This document shows positions 13,367-27,900 of a stretch of 64,000 nt of DNA, piece by piece (the stretch's first letter is position 1; each line of letters opens with the position of its first letter). The stretch lies in the NCBI RefSeq assembly GCF_964355755.1, contig NC_092672.1, positions 13,826,001-13,890,000 on the forward strand, written 5' to 3'. The position numbers and the translations under genes were made by a program. The notes beneath the pieces were generated by a model. The model did no database searches. It was not told where the DNA came from and saw only the letters and a list, made by a program, of their open reading frames with translations. This DNA is from Antedon mediterranea (Eukaryota > Animalia > Echinodermata).

Positions 13367-13750
13367 TATTGACTATTTTCACATAAGTCATAATATTTAT
13401 GACATTAATTTAGCAGTCATTAGGTCATAACATTTATGACAATTTAAAGGTACATGTTAAGTCTCGGAATACGCTAGTTATAGTGTATAGTACAGGAAGC
13501 ACTAATTTCGGGGCTTCCTGGTACAGTATTGACTATTTTCACATAAGTCATAATATTTATGACATTAATTTAGCAGTCATTAGGTCATAAAATTTATGAC
13601 AATTTAAAACTACATGTTATGTCTCGGAATACGCTGGTTATAGTACATGAGGCTGTGATTTCCGGGCTTCAAGGTATTGACTATTTTCACATAAGTCATA
13701 ATATTTATGACATGATTGTGAAGCTGCCATTAGGTCATAAAATTTATGAC
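13367..13750. repeat. Three ~150-160-bp tandem units, each with two GTCATAA-n3-TTATGAC palindromes (mirror ~56262-56645)
   Basis: Units start at 13367, 13526 and 13675. Confidence 0.9.
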
Positions 13751-14118
13751 TTCAGAAATACAAGAATTTCTCTGTAAAAATAATTAGTAGACAAAGTTTT
13801 AGTGTGCTATACAAGCTTTTTATTAATGACAAAACATGAATACACTCATAAGGTGTTTTTTCTCAGCCGTACATCAAAGAATTAAAGAACTGATAAATTT
13901 TAACTATTTATTCACTAACACTGGTTATTAATTTAGAATGAATTAAACTCGGCTTCTAGTAAAATAAGTATTGTATGCATTACTAACTATTTATACGTGA
14001 TTGTAGTAGAAAATATTTAAAAGATATATACATTTCACAGGCACAGAATAATTCTAAACCGCCCAGTGAAATTTAATTATTTAATTTTAAACGATAAAGA
14101 TGAGGAAATCAGTGAGAA

Positions 14119-14190
14119 TGCCCAATCCAAGATCCGAACCCGGAACATTCTGCTTGATATGCAGATGACCATTAGACCACTGTCGTAGTA
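14119..14190 (-). mobile_element. Possible degenerate tRNA-derived SINE head (mirror ~55822-55893 on +)
   Basis: A-box-like AGTGGTCTAATGG and B-box-like GGGTTCGGATC at tRNA-like spacing; no convincing cloverleaf. Confidence 0.3.
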
Positions 14191-14333
14191 CGGCGGAACA
14201 GTACTAGTCTCTCAATTGTATATACAGTATATATATAAACATCACAAGGCACAGAATAAATTTAATAAATTAATTTGAAAAGTTATATAAAATGTGACTG
14301 CAAGGCATGTGTCCAGTATCATGAATGCTATTT

Positions 14334-17300
14334 TCACCCCGGAAATGTGTAGTCGTCCTCCTCATTTGCCATCTCCGCATTATCTTCAACCTCCTCATCT
14401 GTACTGTCGTCCTCATCTGAAATGATGAATAAACCAAGGCCCTATTATTTAATAGACCTCTAAATAGTTGTATAATTTTTTTAGAAGCTCTGTGTAAACA
14501 AAATTTTAAAATAGAGAATCTTTTTTTTTAAATTTGTATTACTATATGTTTCAAATTGGGTCAGAAATTGATTATAGGTATTTTGAATATTGATTAAAAA
14601 TTAAATGCATGGGCTGTGTTTATACAAGTTTACAATACAGATAGCATAGTATGCCGTCCAAGTTATGAGAATACAGCTTAATATGCCGTTTTAAAATTCC
14701 TGAACAAAAAGTAGCAGTATATTGCACTACAAACATCAAATCATCAGCATTGTATTGCGACTTGAATGTATACAATATCGCTTGTATATTGTTCTTCGTA
14801 TTAGCATCCATGACAATAGATAAACAATAAAGTTAATTTAACTTAAACTTACCATCCGATTGGGCTCCATTTTCAAGCTGAATGCTGTTTTCAATTTCTT
14901 CTTTGAAACGAACTAATCTGGATCTTAATTCAGATTCCCCATCATTCTCGAGCAAGGTTATACAATTGCGCCGTTGCAAAATTATTTCCTTGAGCACTGT
15001 AATTATAATAACAATAAAATAGATTTCAATTGAATATTAAATTATTTTGTTAGTTCATTAATGTCGTTTGTACAAACGACAATAGTAATGACTCAAAGAA
15101 CAAGAATTTTTCCCATTTGATTGAATTTTAGCGACATGCCCAATTGTCACGCGGTATGTTTTTGGTTAACATCAATGAATGATTATTATGAGTTATGGTA
15201 TAAATGTATTATTTACCATTCCATCCTAGGCAATTTACAACTAAGTGACCTTCTCTGCTATGCCTTGTCACTAGTTGCTTAATTAGCAGTTCTAGTGACT
15301 TAGCCTTAATGACGCCACCAATTCCATTCATCATGCGTTCGTGTTGAGGGCTTACTAATAACGTGCGAATGGTGTCTAAAAAAAATATGAATCATCATTA
15401 AACTGTAGGCCTACATACTTACATTAACTTTCCTGTATATTTGAATATAATAATAATAATATCAATGGTACATTTCTTTTTTTTTTTCTTTTATTAGAAA
15501 CAAGAAGAAATAACCCCATTACCTCACCATCCACCTCATACCAAAAAGCAGTTAGTATTGCAAATTGGTGAACATTTTTTAGTAGACTGCCAATCAATGA
15601 ATGACCTATATTTATAATTGAATAAAAATGACTGAACTATATTTGTAAATACAATAACAAACTGGGTATACCTTGTTCTTCGCAGTACCAATACTGTACT
15701 TGCATGACTCTATCATTGTCTTTTAAAATAGTCATATTGTATAGCAGGTCCTCGTCATTGCAAACAACTACGATGACATCAGAAATCAGCATTTCTTTTT
15801 CACATTTCTACAAAAAAAAAGCATAGAAAAAATAATATAATAAGAATAACAACAGTAACAAAACCAGTAACAAAACCAGTGCAGTCTCAATGTTACTGTG
15901 TTATGCAAAAATTGCATGTGTCAGGCTTCGGGGGGTCAGTTAGAATGGGTAGAATTATAAAATAATATATATAATCTCTAAAAACAGTTTGAATATTTGT
16001 TCTGTTGTTTATATAAATCTATTAAAATCTTTCTTAGTAAAGCCACATTGATAGGCCGTAAAAAAACAATTTAGTTTCAAATTTGAAAACCCCTCACTAT
16101 AGAATGAATTACAAATATACAAAACAATATAAAATATTTAAAATATATCAAACCTCTGTCAGTACGAGCAGGCCACGATGTAACCCCATATTACTGGAAT
16201 TGGCAATATCTGTCAATTTTCTGCCAATAAACGGCCCAGACATAACTTGACACTTTGATCTTGTTCCATCTTCTGTTAAAATATCAACTGTTGACGCTTG
16301 AGGCTGACTTTGCCTTTGTTCCTCCCAAAACAGAGCATCTTGACAATGCATGAATAAACCTGGTGGAATTTCGCTTTTAGATAACTTCCCTTTCAAAAGA
16401 AATGTATTAAAATGTTTTTATTATTATTTATTCAATATTTTAATTTCTATAAGGGATAGTAGTTTTGTGTGAATAAAGTACCTTTGCATCGAACTGCATA
16501 ATATTAAATTGTTTCAATTTTGTACGAATTTTTAAAATCTGACAGAGTGGGACTTGGTTTTAGAAATATAGCACAAATACAGCGACTGAATTCTATTAGT
16601 AACATAGTAACCTTACTTGTTGTTAAAAAAGGCCGAAGAGCAGAATCGGTCGTGTGCTCCGGAAATCTTTCGGTCGCTTCCTTCCATGTCAGTACTTTAA
16701 TAGTTGTCAAAAATTTTCCTCTGATCACCTTTATCTGCTTAATCGACCGTGCTTTATTTTCAACCTCTTTAATGGACATTGTTCCGTCTGTTACAGATGA
16801 CAGCAATTCAAACTTGTCTTCTTCCGACAGGCCTTGTAGTGTCATGAAGAACTATAGAATTGTAAAAAAATGTTTAGTCACAATACTGATAACAAATAAT
16901 AAAGCGTTCCAATAAGGGTTCAAGAGGTTCAGTATAAACATTTCTCTCGTGTGGATAACAATTGAAGAATTTACAAAACAATTGTTAATGCACGTCATAT
17001 CATTTTTGAATAGGCCATTTTTTAGTTTTAACAAAGTTAATCACACTCCCCCCCCCCCCCCCCTTTAGAAAAAACAGGCCTATTTTAAAATGTTTTTTTT
17101 TGTAATAAATTAGGCCTAATTTTAATAAATTTTTATAGTTTGTTATGTTTAGATTTAACCTGTTAGTGGCGGTTTCATCGCTGTTGGTTGACAACTGTAT
17201 AAAATAAATAAATTAATAAATAATAGATTGTTTTTTACAAAGTTATTAACCCTTTGAATGAAGACGCGTTGTTTCTACCGCAAGTGACTGAGACTAATAA

Positions 17301-20300
17301 TTAACTGATTGTGTTTCTTGCTTGTTTGTTTTTGCCAAAAAAAAAGCATACACCAGTAATTGCTATTTATTGAGAGAATAAATGTGACAGAAAATAAATG
17401 TAAGAAACCTACCGACTGCTTCAATTGCTTTCCGGGTTTGGAATCCTTTACCGTTCCTGCATTATACTGGGCAAACAGCTTGGTAACCTTTGTGTAGCAT
17501 CGGTCCGTATACAATGATACTTGGAACATCGGTTCCATGGACGATATTATCTGCAATACAACGTTATTATTTATTATTACTATCCTTATTTATTATTATC
17601 GTTATTATCTTTTTATTATTGTTAATATCCTTATTTATTATATATTATTATTAATTACAACATTATTATTAATTATATCACCATTACATTATTAATTACA
17701 ACTTTATATATTAGAGTCCTAAATAACTTGTTTAAATAATATTAATAATACCTTTTTTTCGAACGATTGTTTGCCAATTGCCTCTGCACACTTTCTCCTC
17801 CATGTCGAAGTCGTTTTGGCATCTTTGTCATTGTAATCTTGCAAAATGTTACGGCATACTGCAACGTTGTCTTCAAAAGTTGCTTGGTGAGTATTACCTG
17901 TGACGAAATTATGTCGAGATGCCACAAGTAGTGATTCAGTTTTTGTTAGATCAAAATAGACTGCCACTTCTAATTGTTTAAATATATTCTCACTCATTGT
18001 TGATAGTGCTGTTCTTAAATGATTTCCGCCAAGTGAATAAAAAATACACTTCTCGTATTCTTGTTTGTTAAAGAAATCGTAATGTTCTTTATTAAGCAAT
18101 ACAGGTAGTATCGTGTTCACCAGACCGTCCTTTGTAAGCGTTTCTTGAATTTTTTTAACAAAATCTTGGTCGATCTTGCGAAGTAGTAAGTCCGATGGCG
18201 GCGCTACTATCGAACTTCTTGGCACAGCAACTAGACCTATAAACGTAAAATGACAGTTTGTTAAATATTACATCTTATGATTATACAACAAGGAAGTATT
18301 CTCCCCAGGATTTAGATCAAGCATCGTAGTAATCTTATGTCCTGGCTAATCTGGGTGTCGGTGACTAATATTGTCAGCCTACTACTACAATTTAGTGAAA
18401 TCATTTACCTGTATTTCACAATTCTAATATGAAACAACTTAATATAAATATGTCATTGTATTATTATTATGATAGGATTTTCATATTTAAAAACCAATTT
18501 TATTTTTTACTAAAATGGGGAATTCCACAGTAATTGCAAGTTGCGACATCAGTAAAAAACATTTTAAAAAATTGTTTTACATACAAAGTTGGACATTTTC
18601 AGAAAAAGGATACATTATTAAATTATATGAATTACAAAAAATGATTGACATTATATTTTAATATTAGTTTTATTTTTTAAATAACAATATATATCCTAAA
18701 AATTTAACGTTGCCATACAGTATAGGCCGTTTAGTCTAGGCCTAGGTAGTGTCAGGACATCATCACCCCCTGCCTGCTTGAGTGCATGGAGATCACCCTG
18801 CACATGTTATTTTTTTATATTTTAGTTAATTTTGAATTTATATAGGTATTTTGCACAATATCTAGGAAGGTTAGGCCTAGTGTATGTTAGCATCCGGGCT
18901 AGGTCTGGGTTTGCAAGGCTAGTAGTAGTCATGTGAAAGAAAATTGTCCAATCGAATGACCGGAATCTATTTATGCGTTTTATAATAACTGTTTGAAACT
19001 TAAATAACAATAAAACAAATAGAAAATAGAGTAACTATAAGAAGTTAAAACCTGTGTTCAAAATATCTTTAGTTCGTTCATCTTCGAAAAATGTGTTCAT
19101 CCGCTTTATATTTTAATAGGCCTAGTACGTATAATTACTTATCTAGCCAGATTATACTAATTTAACGTAACGAATTGTAGATACATTAAATCTAATCATG
19201 GTTAGGCCTATAGTTATTGTGAGTTATGTTTAAAATTACAGTTTTTGTTATCCAAGATCAAAGTGAATAACTATTATGTGACATATTCAACAAAACATTT
19301 GAAAAAATATAAAACAGTAACGTTTGTTTAATTGTAAACTACAGTAAAACAAAAGCAGATAATAATTATGCTTGTCCATGGGGCATGGTACAGTATGTAA
19401 CTTCAATAACAAATGTTTCATATACTAACCAATGATCTTTTCTTTGATTGTTTCGTCGATTGTCTTTATGTTAATTCTTGTTCTCTTTGTAGTTACGTTT
19501 TCAGCATCTTGAGCTTTTCGCTTTCGTAATGTTTGCAATGTTTTGGTAAGGTCGTCAATTGTCTTGCATTTGCAAAATGGGCAATTTTCGTCCGGTTTGA
19601 ATTTGCTCCACAATACTTTGGTTGCAGCAAGCGTACTACTACAGTCGCTTTCTTCTGTAACAATCTATAGTATTGCAAAATTGTTTTTAATTAAATAAAT
19701 AACTAAACATAGAAATTTATATAGTTGTTAAGTCTACACACTACACCCTAATATTCAGTGTTGGTGCTCTTGATGAAAATGCATTTTTTAAATCATATAT
19801 AAAACTTTAATGTTAAAAAAATGGTCAACAAAATTAGTATCAATGGTCCTATAGTAAAGATATATTACAATTTAGTTTTAGGCCTGAAACAACATTTCAA
19901 TTAATTAGATGAAATAAATAATCGAATAAATCATAATATATATTATAATCAGAAAGCCTATAAAATCCAAATATAATAGGCCTATTAAACAGCTGAAGAT
20001 TGTGCCCCTGGGAAAATACTAATAAAACTAATAATTGCGTGGCTTGAAACACTTTTTAAAACTGCAAAATGGAAAATAAAACATCTTTATAAAGTAATAA
20101 GACTGGTGAAGAATGGTTCCCTAAAAACATTAAAAGAAAATTATATTATTTAGAAGAACACAACAATCTTACCTTAAGCCAGTTTTTGCCTTTAGTTGTT
20201 TTGGTAAATTTTATAACCTTGCCTAACTGTTCACCATCAGAATGCTTTATTGCCCTAGTGTTATTAATTATTAGATAAGCAATGTTGTCTTCCTCTACAC

Positions 20301-20316
20301 AAAACCTCCAGTCCAT
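14334..20316 (-). CDS. 11-exon, ~690-aa protein with a ParB/Srx-like domain, a degenerate beta-class N6/N4 DNA methyltransferase-like domain and an acidic tail (left-arm copy)
   Basis: Reverse complement of the 49699-55678 model; one amino-acid difference seen (AQYNAG vs AQYYAG). Confidence 0.75.
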
Positions 20317-21566
20317 TTTTATCAAATGCGATAACGAAGTGATCACAAACAATGTTGGGCGACGAGTGACGCACTTTCACACTGTTACGATCTTTTATTT
20401 GGGCCAGGGAGTTATTAGTCAACTCCCTGTTTGGGCATTGTTCACATTGTTTATACTAAAGCTACAGATCAGCAGGAAGAAAAACTCAAGTGCAAATCGT
20501 ATTTCATATCGATAACGAGTATTATTTGCACGATAGAGATCGATAAAATCTGCCAGTAATATATAATCATTTTCATAGATTAACTTATATATTTTAATCT
20601 ACTTATACTGTAGTAAAATAATTTTTACCATTTCAAACTAATTCATATTGGGCTCCCGTAATTTCACCTATGCTACACTGCATAATATATATATATATAT
20701 ATATCAACTATGTAAATACTTTATTTGCACATAACATAATAACATGATATAAAAAACATATGACCAAAAAATAAATAAATCATATATTCAAAAGTTTAGC
20801 GCCTCTAAAGGAAACATCAAATTGAAGTAAGAAATCCTGATATTTTAACTAAATTAAAATTCTTGAATTAAATTCCTTTTTTATAAGCAGTTGTATATTG
20901 TTTTGTATAATTGTAAATTTATATTATATTTATAAAATAAGAAATTTCGGTTGCAAATATGCTTTTTTTTAAATACAGTATTACAGGGATCTTTTATTAT
21001 TTGAAGTTTAGGTTGTTGGTGGGGTAGCCAATGAACATAAAATTATTGTATTTTGACTATTTCCATTTTGATTGGTCAATTTTGTCGTTAAAAACACGTC
21101 CGTATAAATTGTGCGTCTCTTTTGAATAACCTACTGTGTAATATTGAAGCTGTTTATAATTGTTTACCATGAATCATTAAAATATAAACATACGCCTATT
21201 TAAAATGAACTTAGAATAGTTATTAAATACATAAAAACAAGCTAGTGATCAATACTTTATTTTCTTGTAAAAAAATATGAATATATCGCGTATTATAAGA
21301 TAAAAGCGTTGATAGTATTCCAGATATCAACTTGAAAAATATAGCACAAAAAAAAAACAATTTTAAGCATTCATTGATCTAAACCAAAATTGTCCACTTT
21401 TTATGTACAAAAAAACAAAGTCATATCGGATAGACCATCATCAAATGTTCACGTATCTCTGAAATATTGTGTCGAACGAAAAGATTATTTCAATTTCAAA
21501 GTTGGCCTGTCAAACTAGGCGTTAGAAAAATAAATTAAACTAATATATAAAATTATATTGGACAAA

Positions 21567-22766
21567 TCTATATTATAAGTGAGAGAGTTTGTCTGTTTGT
21601 TTGTTTGTCTGTTTGTTGGTTATACAAAATTTTGTTACTGCACGTAATCTTACATATGGGGTATCAAAATGACCGCAATTGTACCGGGAATGTTCTAAGC
21701 TATATTTCAACATCATCCGCCACCTAGGATCCAAGTTAGGGACCAAAATGTGGTCAAAACCCCCACTTTCGATGTTTGTTCGTTATAAAAATTTCTGTGT
21801 CTGCACGTAACCATACGTATGGGGTATCAAAATGATGGCAATTGTACCCGGAAGGTTTTAAACTACATTTAAAAAAATTCCCCCGACTCCTGGGGTTTTT
21901 GTGGGAGGGGTGGGGGCGGGGGGTGGAGTGGTGGTTTGTGATGTCATTTTTTGCTAGGGCTCGGGGTTGTAGGCTATCGAATTGTAAAAATATACTACAA
22001 AAGTTTGACAGTATTTTAATTATCCTCAGCAAGGCGTATATAGATTTACATATTTTATTCATTAACCAATATGACACCTATTCATTTACACATTTAGCAA
22101 AGTACTTTAACCATATCCAGCTGTGTATCGGTCTCTTGGATTGTCTCATTACAGACATCCATGGGGTGGGGATGTAGGCCTATGACCATGACTGAAACTG
22201 TATTTGGAATGTTTTAAACTACATTTGAAAACTGCCACTGAGGGATTATGGGTTGGGAGTGATAATAACACAATTTGTACTGGAACCGGCTTCAACACAT
22301 CACCCAGTGTATCTGGGGTGAGCGAAAATACTAGCGTAATGAAGTAGCCTATATGATTGGATTGTACTAGGAAAAGTTACTAAATTTGAACTGTCCAGGG
22401 GAGGAGTTAAGGTTTGTTGATGGTGGCTGGGGTGGTGAAAGGAGAAAGAAGGCTGGGGGACCGCAGTATCTAAATTACATATTTTAATTATCAGCCAATA
22501 TGACACCTATTCATTTACACAATTTACAACGTACTTCAACCATTATTAGACCCATCGTAGCTATGCATACTCCTATCAATTCGAAGCTTAGGTTGAATTG
22601 AATTTGTCCATCACTGGGAAGAATTTGTTTTTAAGAAAGAGTATGGGGTGTTATTGAAGAGGGGTGGAGGTTGGCGAGTATAGACAGATACTGGCGTCGG
22701 GTGTTATGTACTGAGAAGGCTGTAAACTAATTTTGAAACCCGCCCTGGGGCGGGTATAATTGCTAG
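21567..22766 (+). mobile_element. Non-autonomous Helitron
   Basis: Inserted between A and T. 5' end TCTATATTATAA followed by (GTTT/GTCT)n, internal duplicated blocks, and a 3' GC hairpin ACCCGCCC-tg-GGGCGGGT (22738-22755) followed by CTAG. Confidence 0.88.
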
Positions 22767-24938
22767 TAAATGATATGCACATTTAATAATACAATTTTGT
22801 TTTTGCATCCACATGATATTATTATATAATGAATTTTTCAATTGTGTAGCCAAGTCACACCTGTGGTACATTGGGTTAACTTTCACAATTCTTATTTGTT
22901 TTTTTTTCTTTTTTTCCATAATAGTGTAAGGTTATAGTAGGTCACCCCATGAATAAAGGTGCAATAGTATGATATATAACATTGTTTTATCAAAGTGCCG
23001 TTAAAATGAATAATTATAAAATATTATTATAATATATAAAAGTAAAGCCACATTAAATCGTATTTAATTAGGATAATATATGGATGCACCTTCCATTTGG
23101 TCGAGTGCCACTGTTGTAAAAGTGTAATCTCCAAATAAATTATTATTATTATTATTATTATTATGGGCAACACTAGCCCTATATCAGTGGAAGTGCTTTT
23201 ACAAAATTGAGAATATGAATATTTTACATCCATTTCAAAAGCTTCATTATTATTGCGATCTTTTAGACATTATGTGAGTTAAAAAACAGAAAATTAAAAA
23301 AACATTTAAATATAAATCCACTAGTCCTTTATAAGTGAAAGAATAAAATTGAGAATATGAAGCAAACAAGCACTGCCTGAGTGAACTGGAATAAAGAAAT
23401 AAAAACAAAGGATCAAGGCACAAGCTGAAAACAATGAAGATAGCTTGGTAGATATAAACAATTAGGAATGTATCTAAAAAAAAACAACTCAAATGGTGGT
23501 TAATATTGAACCTTAAACTTAGGTAGTCGATGGAATAATTTTACCGATCTGGGAGTATGTTAATGTTAAGATCAAACAGTTTTGTGGCTTTAAGTAGTAA
23601 TTCCAAGTTTTTTTTGTCTTTTGACAACCTAATATGTTCGTGTCATTGATATAAGATATTACACGAATGCGACATGTCTTTTGAATGCAATACATTGAAC
23701 GTTCTTTGCGGTTTCTGCAAGTATCAGTATTATTCATTTAGGCCTATATCATTCAGATTAGATATAATATTCAGAACCGGCGCAACGTTTTTGAAATTTA
23801 GTGGTAATTTAAGGTTGTGTATATTTGGAAGTCCAAACCCACGTCAGCTCGACTATGATTGGGACTAATGTTTAGAGCATTTTTAGGAATTCGGAGTTCT
23901 GTGCTGTTTCTGCGATTATCCCTTTATATCACATTAGATCAAAAAAAAAACCCAATGATATGTTATTGATATAAGGGTTTATCTCTGTCACGGAAATTAG
24001 GCATTAATAACGTCAAGGACATTACAATTTTGTCGCAATAATTGCCAACCCCAAAAACAACTATCACTCAAATCATGCTTGAAAAGGCACAACTTTATAC
24101 ACCCTTTATACTATAAAGTACTACTAATACTATAAAAAATGTACTACAATGATAGTTTTCAGTAATTACTTCTTATATGCATCATGCACACTAATTAATC
24201 AGTTTTGTCTTCTACATATAAATTTTGATAATGAAATTGTTTGCAACATCAATATAAACACTTCCAAAAGTGGCATACAGGGTCGGAGCCCCATGCCATT
24301 AGCTACCCATGATCATCATGTAGGCGTAGTGCCGTTAAAATGAATTATTATAAAATATTATTATTAAGCAAAGGTATAAATGTGTAATTTTATGAAAGCA
24401 TTTTGTGTCTCACAGTGTAGATATATCGCTTAATTATGGATTATTTAACCCTTTTAACCCTGGTGTGTTTATTTCTTTCTAATTAAAAGTCTAACCTGAA
24501 TTTTAAATCAATGAATAAAGAGTAACAGTGACCGTACCATGCATATAGGCTCAATAGAATTATAAATTTCAAAGAGTTTTGTTAAATTCGTTTATAATAT
24601 ATCAAAGTATAGCCACATTAAATCTTTAAAACAAGTTAAATCTAAACTTTAAATTCTATCTTCAAACAATTTCCTGTATGATCAAATCATCTTTTATGTA
24701 TATAATTTTCAGAAATGAATACTGTACCTTGTAATAATAATATAATAATATTTATTTTGAGCAACACATATTTAACAGTGGCACACATACAACATTTAAG
24801 CATATCAAAATATGTTTATACCTCCATGATTTAAGCAACACAATTACTTTAAAAAAAAAATATACAAAAACAATAGAAAATAAAAACTGAAACTACCTGT
24901 ACAACTTGTCATATTTAATTAATAGGATACCAGTAACC

Positions 24939-27900
24939 CATACAGACTAATACATTTACATCCCACTCAATATCACCTCACAGGTTTCACGTGGTTAGGC
25001 CAGTATTACTACGATAAAACGCTTCCCCAAGGCGGCGGATCTTCGTGTCAAATATTCAATAAGTTTTCTGACGGAGTAAAATTTTTCCTTATAAAAAAGT
25101 TAAAACAGCCCAATAACGTGAAAATATTAGACGACATCCTCGTCATTGAAGACACACACCAACTGTGTGCGAACTCCTTGAAGATATCCAAGGCGCTTGC
25201 TGACCGCGGTGGCATACCTCTAGCACCGCACAAAACAATTTCACCCACCACCACCATTTCCTTCCTGGGTATTGAACTTGACTTACAGAAAATGTAAGAC
25301 AGGCTTCCATCTGAGATAATAAAATTACGTTACTCCCTTTAAAGTTCAAAACTTCACTCAACTAAATTGAGAGCCCCCCAATCTCTTTGAAAAGCTACAA
25401 TTTGCCACCTGGGTTATACCCTCTGGACTGGCGTTCCTAAGAAGGCTTAATGCCCTAACGGCCGGTCTAACTAACCCCTTTTCAACTATTCACCTTTCTG
25501 ACTCAGCAAAGGAAGATCTCCAAATTTGGGCCGACTTTCTTAGCAAACACAATGGCGTTACTATTTTTCACCCCCACAAAAATTTGACTCGCAGCGTTTA
25601 CATTTCTCCTCTGATGCCTCAAAAACCGCACTTGGTGCGACCTTCCAAAAGTTCTGGATTCAAGGCCGCTGGCCGGAATCTTGGAAAATGTTCGACATCA
25701 TAGTTCTCGAAATTTACCCCATCTATGTCATGCTTTCGATTTTTGCAAAACAGCTAGCCAACACCCATGTAGTTTTCCACTGTGATAACCTAGCTGATGT
25801 ATATGTGCTTAACAAAAAAATTGTCATCAAACGAAAAGGTCATGAGAGTGGTTCGCGCTATCGTCCTTTTGTTACTACTAAACAACATTCAGTTTACAGC
25901 CAGGCACATCCCTGGTAAGCAAAACAGGATATGTGACGCTCTTTCTCGTTTTCAGGAAACGGAGGCCATGCTAGAGGAGCACAGTATGAACCGCACACCG
26001 CTAAAGATACCAAAGCACTTACAACCAATCTACTTCGAACCACTAAACAACTCAAGATCCTCACACGAGAGCTAATGTGGAACTCATTAAAATGGACCTG
26101 AAATGGATTTTCGATTTTTTTCATTTTAGAATGATGTTTTGGGGGCTATTAGGTGTTGCTAGAATGTATATTGTTACAAAATATAAATTGGCCCTTTTGG
26201 GGAAAGCCCCATTTGAAAATCAAAAAAATTCGCGGGTGACGTCACTTTGCGAATATATTCCTATCCCTCCAATGGACAATTTGCAGTTTTTTGGCTATAA
26301 TTCTTGAAATCTATGGATTATTTTCTAAAAAATGCTTGTGTATTTGCAGAAACGTATTTAGAATTTTTTTAGATAAAATTATTACCGTATAAACGGTTAT
26401 TCATCGAGTAAATGACGATTTAAAATCTTAAAATCAACGGTTTTTTTTCTGGCAATACCGAAGTTGGCCTGGCAACGTTGTCCGGGATACAGCTCCGTGC
26501 GCAATGATGCGTATCCATATTTTCCGTTCGTGTATTTTGTATCATTCGTAATTTATACTGCTAAAATATGTTAGTTTCTTTAGTTTTTAGTTTAGCAGAA
26601 TTAAATTAGTAATAACTAATATGAGATGATTATTTATTTGTCACGAATCAGGCAGTTCGAAAACGAATTTTATTCATATTTTACTTTGGCTTGACAATGA
26701 GCGCAGCAAGTTGTTGATATCGCTTTGGTCCTTGGATGCACATGAAACGGAGCCTCGCCGCATGATGTGGGTGGTGGATCGACTCCGCTCACTGGATTGG
26801 GGGCCTAGGCCTAGTAAAGGTTTGGGAGGTAGGCCTTCTAAATTCGGGTTTTAGAACAAACGAAGTACATTTTAGGGACCTATATTTCAACAACATTAGA
26901 TATTGAATAAATTAGTATTAGTGTTAACGCTTCGCGTATCTTTCCAGGCCGTCGATCATTCACTGACTATCGGGCGGCATACACGCTCTCTCGATATCAT
27001 TGTGTGTATATGTGACGTCGTGAATATAGAGGCTTCCGACGGCCGTTGAAATAGAATATTGCAATGGCGTGAGTAATTTTCGCTAATTTACCATGGTATC
27101 TTAAAATTTCGTTTACTCAAAATACTATACATTTTGTTTTTATTTGTATGGGTTTGTGTTAATTTGATACATTTAAATAACATGTGTGAATTTCTTGAAA
27201 ATCGAAATTCCATTTCAGGTCCATTTTAAGCAAATGGCACCATTTTAACCAATTCAGGAAATCACTAAGCCTTCCGCTACCAGTGACTCCACAGACAATT
27301 GTTCTCTATGTAAGTAAGCTGACTAAAAATGCACTGGCGATTTCCACGATTCGAAACTACCTTAGCCCAGTGTCATTCGTGCACAGGGTATCATTTCTGG
27401 AAGACCTTACCGCAAATCCAGCAGTCGGCAATTTATGCAGAGGAGTAGCGAAACAAAAAACAAACTCTCCATCCAAACCAATCAGACCGCCGGTCACCTC
27501 CGACATTCTTGTAACGCTAATTGGACATATGCGAGGTAGCATGAAATCCAAATACGAATTCATTCTATACAGAGCCTTGTTCATAATATGTTACTTCGCA
27601 TGCCTCAGAGCCAGTGAAGCAGTAGTCTCCAAGGCCGCAGAACACACACTAATGCTATAAACAATTAGCTCGCCATGCTAGTCTGGAACATACACAGTTT
27701 AACACTCATTCTTTCAGAATTGGTCGAGCTACCGACCTTCACCAACTTTGACACTCTCACCAAGACATTTTGATTTTTGGACGATGGTCGAACCACATAA
27801 CTTTGTCAAATACAGCGTTGTAAATATGGGTGCTGGCTGGTTGGCATATTTCCTAAGCATGACTGGGTATTAAGCGTCAAGCTTAAACAAACTTTGATAC

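Noticed and set aside
16520-16915. 131-aa plus-strand ORF, and similar antisense ORFs at 28514-28885, 7352-7665 and 21754-22177
   Set aside because: They are shadow ORFs antisense to real exons or lie inside non-coding transposons.
20500-20550. TATCGATA (DRE-like) motifs upstream of the ParB-like gene
   Set aside because: Such short motifs are expected by chance in AT-rich DNA and there is no independent support.
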